A stretch of 62,066 nt of DNA, counting the filler, from Dugesia japonica (lineage: Eukaryota): assembly GCA_001938525.1 (NCBI GenBank). It is 6 parts of 6 records of this genome, joined end to end, with 100 filler letters (N's around TTAATTAATTAA, not from the genome) between each part and the next. Parts side by side here need not be neighbours in the genome. Positions count along the whole stretch, not along the records: positions 19,494 to 31,264 come from MQRL01593616.1; positions 31,365 to 40,013 come from MQRL01226856.1; 4 more parts are not named here. One strand, 5' to 3'. A model generated the notes under the pieces. That model did not search any database, was not told the DNA's origin, and saw nothing but the letters and a program-made list of their open reading frames with translations. Made by a program: the position numbers and the translations under genes. Positions 23,916-35,400 of this stretch are shown one piece after another. Numbering within the stretch: the stretch's first letter is position 1; the number at the start of each line of letters is the position of its first letter.

Positions 23916-24879
23916 ACAGGCTTTCTGTATCCTTTGCTAAACTCTGAAATTTATAAAATTTAGAGAAATTAAGGAAATTAATTATGGNNNNNNNNNNNNN
24001 NNNNNNNNAATTGGTCTATATTAACACATTATTTTCTACTATTTTAGTATAACTATTAGCTTACTGTGTAAATAAAACTTCTGATGTATTTATTACATAG
24101 ATGTATTTATTATATATTACTATGTAATTTGATTATCTGTATCATTAGTTGTAGGATGAAATGAATTATGACTAGAGAATCATGTTAACCATCAGTAAAC
24201 ATTAGAATCAGCTTAGTGTTTATTCTAATGAAAATAGTGACTTTTGTTTATTGATTTATGTCTAATGGGACAAATTGAGCATATTTAATGGATAAGATGA
24301 CTGTATTGCTTAACTTGAACGAGTAGACTAAGATGAATGACAGCATTGAATACAATATGTAAGTCAAATACGTAAATGAATTGAATGCATAGATTTAATG
24401 AATGTATCGGGTTTGTTGAATGTACTAGATTTTTTGGCTGTATTGGGTTTAATGATTTGTATTGGTCTAGATAGAATGTAACCAAGTGTTTACTCGTTTA
24501 CTTTGGAATATTGAACTATTTCTAAAGAATTTGACTTATATACGCGAATAATAAATTATGGAAATTTGAAAAGATTACATTTATTGCAAACAATAAAGTG
24601 AAACAAAATATATTTAAAATTTTANNNNNNNNNNNNNNNNNNNNNNNNNNNNNNNNNNNNNNNNNNNNNNNNNNNNNNNNNNNNNNNNNNNNNNNNNNNN
24701 NNNNNNNNNNNNNNNNNNNNNNNNNNNNNNNNNNNNNNNNNNNNNNNNGTACCCATCAAACAAATATGTGTAACCATTTTTTATTAATCTAAGGAAGACA
24801 AATGCATGATTACAATTGAAATCCGTAGACATAGTTAAATAGAGTATGAAATAATTTATCAGCGTATAACAATTTATGA

Positions 24880-25260
24880 CTTCTGTGAAAACCTTTTTTA
24901 ATTTTCATACACTACTTGGAAATCTTAGAAAGATTTCCACAACTTCTGTGAAATTTTGGATAAACTTTCACGACTACTCAGAAATTTTGAATAATTTTCC
25001 AACACTTNTCTGAAATTCTGTGTTTATTTTCAACATCTCTCGGAAATATTTACATTATTTCCCCATTGTTTTACATAGGATTTGAGAATTTTTCAACACT
25101 CTCTGAATTTCTGTATAAACTTTTAATACATCTCAAAAATTCTTTATAAATTTCCAACACTTCTCTGAAATTATTTATAATATTCCGACACTTCTCTGAA
25201 ATTCTAAATAATATTTCAACACTTCATGGAAACTCTGTACCATTTTCCAACACTTCTAAA
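24880..25260. repeat. Degenerate ~31-bp minisatellite
   Basis: TTCCAACACTTCTCTGAAATT-like unit repeated about ten times. Confidence 0.65.
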
Positions 25261-26262
25261 ATACTATAATAATTTCCCTTTCATCATCACCATCTGCCTG
25301 AATTTATCGTGCACATCTGCATACAACTCGTCTGCCCATCTGCGTGCACCTCTGCTTTCTCCATTCCTTCTTTTCTCTTAAAATTAAAAACAAACCCTTG
25401 TAGTAATTTTTAGAAATATTTCCTTCATTTCTATGTATTTATGACTAATATGAATAAAATCCAAATGCCCGGGGCATACTTTACTTATAATTTCCAATAC
25501 TTGGTTTATTGATTGTATCTAGTTTGATAGTGTTTAATAAACTTGTATAGAACAGTTATTAAATAAATTAAATTTATGATGGTTAATTATATAGAAAATT
25601 AGGTTATTTTCTTTGAAAGTATTGTATACGTAAGATATTAGAACATACATTTCAGTAGACTTATTAAAACTTGTATAAAACGAGTATATATCCTATTGAA
25701 ATTAATGCTATATTCAATAAAAATAGTAATACACTTAATAAACTTACTAATTATCTAGGAAATCTGTGTATAATCTATTGACATATTACTTTTTAAAATT
25801 AAAATACCAAACAATAACACAGAACAATTAATAAGAAACACAAAAACTTAATAAAAAGACAATAAATTTCATTTAAAATATTTATTAATGAAAATGGATC
25901 ATGATCTTCATTATAATTTTCTGTTGGTATCGTCTGGTTCTCAGATGTTTCTGTTTCTTCTTTACCTCGATATTTTCAATCTTCATGTTATAAAATTTCA
26001 ATAGGATGGCTTCCACTTTAAATTATTAAATTAAAGCCATTTATATAAAGATTCAACCAATTATGTTAAACTTTCATTACCCAATCAAATTCATANNNNN
26101 NNNNNNNNNNNNNNNNNNNNNNNNNNNNNNNNNNNNNNNNNNNNNNNNNNNNNNNNNNNNNNNNNNNNNNNNNNNNNNNNNNNNNNNNNNNNNNNNNNNN
26201 NNNNNNNNNNNNNNNNNNNNNNNNNNNNNNNNNNNNNNNNNNNNNNNNNNNNNNNNNNNNNN

Positions 26263-26329
<67 letters not shown>
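26263..26329. repeat. (AAT)n microsatellite
   Basis: Perfect AAT run next to a gap; similar runs at 9814-9882, 31202-31264 and the window end. Confidence 0.95.
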
Positions 26330-26439
26330 GTAAGCACACAAAATTCTTCTATAATGTTTATTTATTAAAATTCAAATAATAATTACAAAACTGATAATAA
26401 ATAAACAAAGTTTATATATCAATTTATAACTGATATATA

Positions 26440-28668
26440 ACTACTTTCTCTTCTAATTTGAAGTTTCAATCTTCTTTAGCCATTCCAATCTGCTGAATTG
26501 TAGTTTCCCTGCAAAGTCTATAAGCACCTGGTGTTGGCTAATGAATTTAATTATTTTATGTGGACCTTCATATCTTAAACCGTCTTTCATCAGCTTGCGT
26601 GGATCCACATTTACCAATACTTCTCCTCTTTCATTAAATTGTCTATATGTTCGTCTGTCAAATTCATATTTGCTTTTAGCCGCTTCATGTAAGTTTCCAT
26701 CTGCTGCTTTCTTTATTTTTATGATCTAAACTTTCTTGTTGCAGTAACCCATGTAAAACCATCCTTCTTCCAAAGATGATTTCAAAAGGAGATATTCCAG
26801 ATGATTTCCTTTGAGTTGCATTTATAGCAAATTGTATTCTTGGTAGTAATTTGTCCCAGTTTGCTTCCGAGCATCCATATTTTATTGTTGTTACCGTCAT
26901 ATTTCTCATATTTCTAATTCTTCTTTCTGCTGATTGATGTTGAAATGGCGATGCAAAATTTTGTTTTATCTTAAATTTATCTGCAAGTGATTGCATTAAT
27001 TTTTCTTCAAATAACTTTCTTCTATCAGTTAAAAATGACTTCGGTTTCCAAAACGATATATCCATTNATCTTTTATCGCATCAACCACGGACTTTTCATT
27101 CTGTTTATTCAATGCTACAAAAGAAACTAACTTTCTAAATTGTCAACCATGACGAGAACATAGTTTTCTTAGTTTATGCTTCAGAAAAATGAGCAATATC
27201 TATGAAAACCTGTTTTAAAGGTTCAAACTCTGTTCTTGGATATCAGATCCTCTTTCGTTCTTTCTCATATTTTATTTGGTGTTCTACAATCTGTTTTATA
27301 TTTGGTCAAAAATAACTTACATTTAAATATTCTGTGAGTTTTTGTCCTCCGGCGTGATATAATTCCTCGTGAATGAAATCAATAAGTTCGGATATCGATT
27401 GCCCTGCAAGTACTATTTTCTTTTTGTTATTTTCATGGATAATTAACATTTAATCATTCATCTCCAATTTATCCATTTTTGAAAAATATTTACTTTTCGT
27501 CACCATAGCACTCAGTTTACTATCACATTTTCTTTTTTCTATATATTCAATAATTTCTTTTGTAACAAGATCATTTTTTTGTATTTCTTTGATACATTTA
27601 TCAAAATTTGTTTTATTTAATATATTGATTCTTTTAACCTGAGCTCGTTCTCCCTTGGTACCTTAATGTGACGTCTTATATTGTGAAAACCAGCTTTTGC
27701 CTATTCTTGAATGGCCGTCAGCGTTTCCATGTGCTGCTCCTTTTCTGAATTCTAGATGGAAATTAAATTCTGCTAAATTTGTTATCCATGTTTGGAACAG
27801 CGCACTAATAGGTTTACTCGTCTTCGTCATAAATGTCAGAGCTTTATAATTTGTTCTTGCTCTAAATTCTTTTTCGTATAAATAATGCTTGAAATACACC
27901 ATAAACTCATGCAATTCCAACAACTCCTAGCGAGTTACGCAATATCCTTTTTCATGATCATTTAATTTTTAAGAACCATAAGCTTTTACTCGTTCTAATT
28001 CATTGTTTGTAACTTGGCTTAAAATTCCTCCAATTGCCACAAAACTAGCATCTGTATATAATTTCACTTTTATCATTTGGAAAAGCCTAGATACTATATA
28101 ACTTAATCTTTAACATAAAATTGATTCTCAAGCGTGTCTAAAAGTAGTTGAATATCAGGCACCGGAAAAGAGTATTTCTCTGTAATTGAATTTAATTTCC
28201 GAAAGTCCAGACACATTCTTATTGTTCTATCTTTCTTCGGTACAATTACCGATGGTGAATTCCACGGACTTCTGCAACTATAGATAATATTTGCTTTTCT
28301 AAGATTTTCCAATAACTCATCAATTTTGCTTTCCAAATGCATTAGTTTTCTTCTAGGATTTAACATTATTGGTCCTCCTTTTGTTTCAATGTGATGCTGA
28401 ATTATTGTTGTAAATCCAAGATCAATTTTCGATGTCATAAATATCTCTACGTGTTTTTCTATAAGTCCTCTAATTTCTTGATTGACATTCTTTTAAATAT
28501 TAAGAACATTTTTCACTCTTTTTGGATTCTCAACAACTGGATCAACAACATCCTTTGAATCAATAAAATCAACTTCGGTTATCTTCATTCCAAATATCCT
28601 CATCATATCAATGCCCCCAATAAATTCGGGACGAACATATTTGACAATTACAGTAAGTAGATCAGACG
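26440..28668 (-). mobile_element. Gypsy LTR retrotransposon pol remnant (protease tail, partial RT, RNase H, integrase)
   Basis: SPWNSP...RMCLDFRKL (RT N-terminus), YTDASFVAIGG and HGNADG (RNase H), SPFQHQSAERRIR, INATQRKSSGISPFEIIFGR and a GP motif (integrase). Most of the RT is deleted near 28100. Confidence 0.9.
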
Positions 28669-28975
28669 TCAAGGTCAAATTTTTTCAAGGTCAGTGATCT
28701 AGTATACTCTATTCTGATTAGTCCCTGATCTAGTATACTTCATTCTCATTGGCTGAAATAATTCAATGTTGAATCTTCAAGGTCACTGATCTAATATACT
28801 CCATTCTGATTGGTGGAAAATTTTAAAGTTCAAAATCTCAAGATGGAATTCTCAAGGTCAAATTGATATAGTATATTCAATTTTCATTGGAAAATTTTCA
28901 AGATCAGTGATCTAGTATACTCAATTTTGATCTTGAATTTTTTTTGACCTTGAAATTTTCCATCAATCAGAATCG
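28669..28975. repeat. Degenerate tandem array of TCAAGGTCA / TGATCTAGTATACT / CTGATTGG modules
   Basis: TCAAGGTCA at 28669, 28685, 28777 and 28852, inverted at 28945; TGATCTAGTATACT-like five times; CCAAT-box-like ATTGG sites. Confidence 0.8.
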
Positions 28976-30015
28976 AGTTTTTAATATTTTTTGACCAAGG
29001 AAGAGGGGAGTTTGGAAATATTATTTTTTTGGTGTGAAATTAAAAAAAATATTATTGGCGGCAAATTCGAAAAAAATATTTTTGGCGGGGGACATTTTTT
29101 TAAATTTCTTTTGAGAAGACTTTATATTTATGTATGAGATAGGAAGTCTTGATATTTTGCAAGGTCTCTATATTTTACATGGTATTTATGCATGGTATGG
29201 CCAGTCTCTATATTTGACATGGTATGGGCTGTTTCTATATTATTACAAGATATCGGGCAGTCTTAATATTTGTGTAAGAGATTAGGGCAGTCTAAAATTC
29301 ATAGGCATGTGATTTAATGTGTATGTATGTTGCATCTGAGTTGCATACATATTGCATTTTTTTTTTAAAATTAAAAATCAATAAAAAACAATAAAAATCA
29401 ATAAAAATCAAAAAAATCAATAAAAATTTTCAGGCACGTGATTTTCAGTGAATGTGTGCTGCATCTGAATTGCATCTGAGTTGTATACTTATTGCATTTA
29501 TTACTAAAAAATTCCCGTGATTTTTAATGTGTGTTTTTAAATTTCAATTATATACAATATAAAACAATTTAAAGCACTACAGACTTATGCATCAACCTAA
29601 TATCTCAAAATGCCATTGTGCAAAAATTCACGTAAAACATTTTAATTTTTTTACCAGGAGAGGATATGAACTCTAAGGTGATTTATTTGACCCACATTCT
29701 TACCTATATTTTCTCGAATCCTATCAGTAAATAAGAATATTTATTTAAAGTAGTTTCAGATTTTATTTTGAGTTTTATTTTATTAATTCAACATAACTAG
29801 TATACGTAAAAACTTAAAATGTAAAATTCATTTTGATGTTCATCAGGATTTTTGGATATTCTGCCAATAATATAAAAATATTTATTCAAATAATATTTTG
29901 GGGATAGTGAAATAGAATATTAAAACAATAAGATTTTTTAAGCTGTAGTAATTTATACTTTTCTAAAAATGTCCATTGAGAATAACTATCACAGATCAAA
30001 ATAGTCTGAAGTGTA

Positions 30016-30178
30016 GGACAAAAAGTCTTAGAGTGCAAAACTAANAAAAAAGTCCCTGGAGTTAGATATTTTATAAATATTTCAACCCTATTAAAAAAAT
30101 ATTAAAAAAGAAATAAAAATATTAAACTCCGGAACGATTTGTCCTAGTTTTGTACTTGGCGACTATTTGTCCGGTTAC
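30016..30178. mobile_element. MITE-like element with imperfect ~50-bp inverted ends
   Basis: GGACAAAAAGTC...GCAAAACTA...GGAGTT versus the reverse complement of AACTCC...TAGTTTTGTAC...GACTATTTGTCC. Confidence 0.5.
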
Positions 30179-30704
30179 CGGTGGGATAATATATAAATGT
30201 TTTCCTGGCTTTTGAGACTCTTATTTATTTAGTTTTATAAATTAAAGTTCAATTTATATTCGTGGCGGTATAATGCATTAAATTTTGGCAAAATGAGTTT
30301 ATCAGTGTCTAAAATGCCTAACTTTCAAAAAATAATACCAATGAAAATCAACAGAAATATGCACTCCTTGCAAAGAAGTCAGTAAATATTTTTTAAATAA
30401 AAAACGATGTACAAATCAAAAAAATTTATTTGATAACATTTTCCGGTAAAACATCCGAAATATTGATTATTGTTTGTAGGCAAAATATTTAAACAAAAGT
30501 ATTCTGAAAGAAAATACAATTATTAATTATAATTAATAATTTCATTTGAGTATAACATAATATATTTAAGCGTGATTAAAGTTCAAATGGACAGAAACTT
30601 TAAAAAAATTTGTGTTTTTCTTTTTGTCTGTGGAAAAATTGCATTTATCAAATAATTCGTTTTCATTAGAACTCTAATTTTTGTTTTAATTTATTGAATA
30701 CATT

Positions 30705-31165
30705 TCAGTCATTCTCAAATGTTTTAGCTTTTTTAATTTCTGATTTACTTTGTGAATCTTTACGTTTATGTTTTGAATCTTTCTGATGTTTATTATTGTC
30801 TGGACTTGGTTTTTTCTTCAAATATTCATTTGGTTTTATAAACAAATCTTCAGTTAATTCTTCGTTTTTCTGAGAAGCATAATGAATTATATCAGCTATT
30901 AAATCAAGTTTCATAATTCTTAAAGATTCCATCAAATCAAAAACCATTCTTGGTCTATTATCTGGAATTGTTGATTTCTTCCAATTCATAAGAACTTTAT
31001 ATGTTACTTCAGATAAAGTTTGATCAGCTGACAACGAATCGAAACCAATACCCGTTATTAGACTGTCCGACATTTGCAAATGAACAGCCAACGTCAGACC
31101 ATGTTCAACATATTTAGATAAAATTTGTAAACTGTGACCAGATAATACTTTGGGTTCTTTGTGCA
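30705..31165 (-). CDS. Last coding exon of a host death-domain-containing protein
   Basis: Intact ORF after a ctttaag acceptor; helical death-fold pattern GLTLAVHLQMSDSLITGI...VTYKVLMNWKK...LMESLRIMKLDLIADII and a basic tail. Upstream exons are lost at the contig end. Confidence 0.65.
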
Positions 31166-31200
31166 CTTAAAGACAATTCAAATATCAATAATATTAACAG

Positions 31201-31264
<64 letters not shown>

Positions 31265-31881
31265 NNNNNNNNNNNNNNNNNNNNNNNNNNNNNNNNNNNN
31301 NNNNNNNNTTAATTAATTAANNNNNNNNNNNNNNNNNNNNNNNNNNNNNNNNNNNNNNNNNNNNTTAAACGTTTATATTGTAATATGTTTGTTAAACACC
31401 ATGTCATGATTATTAGAGAACAAAGTATTCTAATATTAACATTAATATTGCACGAGGGGATTTAAGCGTGCTCTCATTAATCACTTAACTGTGTATACAT
31501 CTTGTGCGAAACTTGTTTGTTTTTAAAATTATAGTTCTTTCAGTTTTTTTNNNNNNNNNNNNNNNNNNNNNNNNNNNNNNNNNNNNNNNNNNNNNNNNNN
31601 NNNNNNNNNNTATCGAATAGATACTCGGATGATGAAATTTGAGAAAACAGTTTTCGTAAAACTTAAAATTTTAAAATTCTCAGCAGAATGATATTAAAAA
31701 TTTCATATTTGGAAAACAAAAATAATTTTTAAAAATTTGGGTAATTTAAACAAAAATGAGCTTTTCTGCCAATTTTACGAGGAAAGTGAAATTTTCGAGT
31801 TATTACGTAATATATGATATAATAAAACTTTTAATATAAACGTTTTTATCAAAATTTTGGTTTTTTATTGATATTGGATAA

Positions 31882-31917
31882 CAATTCGATATTTCGACAT
31901 TGTCTTCGTCAGGAATT
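31882..31917 (-). ncRNA. Minimal type I hammerhead ribozyme motif (best-preserved copy)
   Basis: Minus strand reads AATTC-CTGACGA-A-GAC-AAT-GTC-GAAA-TA-TC-GAATT(G), giving a predicted AUC cleavage triplet. Confidence 0.72.
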
Positions 31918-32458
31918 AACTTATTCAGGAATTGAATTTTTTTATTTATTATAAATTATAGTATAAATTATAATTATAATATTATAATTATATTTACATT
32001 AATTATTATTATTATAATATTTATATTAATATTATAATTATAAATTATATTAAAATTATTATAATATAAATTATAAATTATATATTATAAAAAGAATTCT
32101 ATAAAACGATCAATGATTATGTCCAACAATTATTCTCGCAATAATTTCAATTTTAAAATAATAAAACTTATTTTGTAATCCCTGAATTAGTACGTAACTG
32201 ATACGTAACTTTGATGTAACCATATTGAATAACGTAACTTTGTGTTAATGCTATAATCCGCACACATTGATTACATAACTTAGTGTATACTTAAGACCCA
32301 CTGTATATGATTGCGTTCTGAGTGGGGGTGGACATGTACGTCAGTATCTATCTACTCAAATTAAACTATTCGAACAAGGATACAGACGATTTGAAGTTAG
32401 TTAATATATAAAAATCATAAAATAACGAAAATTGAAATATTAAAATTCACTGATTACT

Positions 32459-35400
32459 TGACTAATTAGCAAATTCGCTTCCGCTAATTCTTCTTGTACT
32501 TTTAAAAGTTTCATTTCGCTAAAATCAAAATTATTGTTCTGCTGATCAATTTCTCCGGCTAAAATAAATACCATTCAAATGACAATTTTAACAAGTATTA
32601 GTAGTATACATTCAACAATTTCACTGTAATCCTTATAAAGAGATAAAACTAGTGACGATTCTGACATCGTTATGGACCGCACAGATTTCATTTTAAGCAA
32701 TTCTAATCGTAAACTATTGATTTCTGACTGATTTATATCCAATTTAATACGATCAAAATTTAATGAAACTGAACTCTGTATTTTCGACAATGCAGATTCT
32801 ACTAGATTTCGTACATTTGCTTCATTTACAGTCTTATGTAGACAGTTATTTTAATTATTAATGATAAAATCCTACTTCAAAAGATTTATCCTGAAGAATT
32901 TGTATTTTTGAATCTTTTAGCAAAGATTCATCTTTTAAATTTTGAATGATTTCCTCAAATTTCCTTTGAGATGATTCCATAATACCTAATTTTTCTTTTA
33001 GGTGTTGTACTTCAATGCTCAAATTTCTTCTCAATCCCATGGCTTTAATGAATCTTTTTTTCCATATTGAATCAACATTATCTAAAAAACTCAATGATTT
33101 ATTGAAAATTTGTAATATTTCTTCACCATCATTTATTTGCATGTTAGGAAATAATCCTCTACTCTGTAGTTGTTCTCGCAAATCCAATACTTCTTTTTGT
33201 AAAGACTCTAAATCTCCAATTACATTAATATTAACTTTCACTTTATTTCTAATCATTTTCACATGATTAGCAAATTGTAAGGTCGATAATGTATCATTGG
33301 TAAATTTTATGTCAGGATGTATACATGCAATGAGAACTGTTTTCGAATTACCCCCTATTGAATCCTATTAAAATTAATTAGTAAAGTGACAATTTCTATT
33401 AATGTTTTAACTTTTAATAAATGCGTCAATTTAGATTCTCGATAACGAATGTATCTTTCTTTTCCATTGGCAATATCAACATGGGCACTTATAACTTGAG
33501 AAAGAACATGTAATGATTTATTTATAGATCCGGCTTCCTGGAATTTAAAAGTTAAAATTCTCAATATTTGTATTTGTAAACTCTTAATCTGATGTCATCT
33601 GCTTTAGAGTCTTTTTGTCGTTCACTGCCAGCTAGATCAACTAAATGCAGAACACTTTTCCGTATGTTTTCAACTTTTCCTTCTTTGACACATGTTTCTA
33701 GACTTATTGAAAATACAGAATGACTTCTAGAACTTTTAAGATTCATTTCCGTACTAGCAACATGGCGATTTGATAAGCCAATGTTTAAAATCTAAATTTG
33801 TATTAAACAATTTTAACTATTGTGTTTTACATTCAATGCATCTCGAGTATTTTCAATAATTTTTTCAGTTAATTGATCAACATAAACACCTTGAACAAGA
33901 TTAACCTTCAAATAGACACGCTTATTTTTTGGATCTAGCAGATCAAAAATTTGCTCATTGTATATTTCAACGAAAGAACATTTAACCAAATATTCAACAT
34001 TCTGAAAATAAAAAAAGAACTTTGGAATTTCTAAATAGCTGGAATTAGAATATCATTTTGATAAATAAATATTTAACCACCAACGTTCAAAAAATTAAAT
34101 TTTCATAAATATAATAAATAAATAACTGTTAAATTATCCACTCATTCAATAATTTAATAGAGAGGTCAAATTTCTTAAACTTTTAAATTACTCGAATAGT
34201 CAAGCACTCTAAAATAAAAATGATTGAGTACTTGAGTACTCAAAAGCCAACCAAAAAGCCAAAATTTTATCAAGTAAAACCGCAAACCCACCACCCGAAA
34301 AAATCAACAATATTAGAGTACTTAGTTTTTTCCTCTTCCTACAAATTTGAACGTTAATTACTTATTGATTGATACGAGAACAGTCAAAAATAAATGAAAA
34401 TATAGACAGGAATAAAAACAAGAATAAGTACATAATAATACATTTGGCAACAATTAAAAATAATTTGAAAACTGGGACTTTTGGGCGTCCCGAAAGGTTC
34501 GTTTGGAATACTGGGATACGATGTTTATAATCGGTGACAATTACAATTAATATAGACACCTGGTAACCCTAAACAAGTAACTGGAACTGACCTCTCTAAT
34601 AATATAATTTTGAATTTCGTATAATATTTAAGAAAAATGAATTTTCACTGCGATAAAAAATTTATAGAAAGGACAGCCTTGTGTTGTTGTCATTAATATC
34701 ATTTTAGAAAAGCATGGAAAAACTAAATGAAAAATTGATTTCAAATCGTGATTTATTTCTAATTCAAATTTATCATTGATCTGAAAGGTTACATAAAAAA
34801 TTGTATAAATTATGTAACCTTTCAGATCAATGATAAATTTGAATTAGAAATAAATCACGATTTGAAATCAGTTTTTCATTTAGTTTTTTCCATAAAAAAT
34901 TGTCGTACCGATTAACAAATAAATGGGAATGGAAAATTTCCACAGAGCAAACAATGAAGTGAAACTATAACATTTGTTAACTGGTGAGCAACATAGATTC
35001 AATGATAGCGTTTTTACTACTTGAAGCTAAATCAATTAATTTAGACAATAATATATTAAAAACTCGAAATTCTAATGTTGGACTAGTTTATCATCGTTTT
35101 TTAATTCAAGTGAAATATTAGTGGGTTGTTGAATAATTTCGTAGTGTTTAAAAATATCTTTATATACAAAATACAGACAATCTATAAGAAATCAATATAT
35201 GAAATAAAAAATATATTCTTCAGATTATGCAGCTTTTAAATGGAGTTTCTATTCAACAAAAACGAGCATTATCGACATATTGTTTTATGAATATAATAGC
35301 GGCCAATATGCGCCGAAGCATTTCAGAATATCAACGTCGTTTATGGAGATAATGCTATAGCCAAATTAACTGCTCGAAAATGGTATGTAAAATTCAAAAA

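Noticed and set aside
26063-26368. Poly-I/Y/L ORFs and the N-filled ORFs at 22198, 24598 and 40212
   Set aside because: Translations of (AAT)n microsatellite and gap Ns.
28669-28975. CRISPR-like repeat-spacer array
   Set aside because: Units are degenerate, the spacers are themselves repetitive, there are no cas genes, and the context is eukaryotic.
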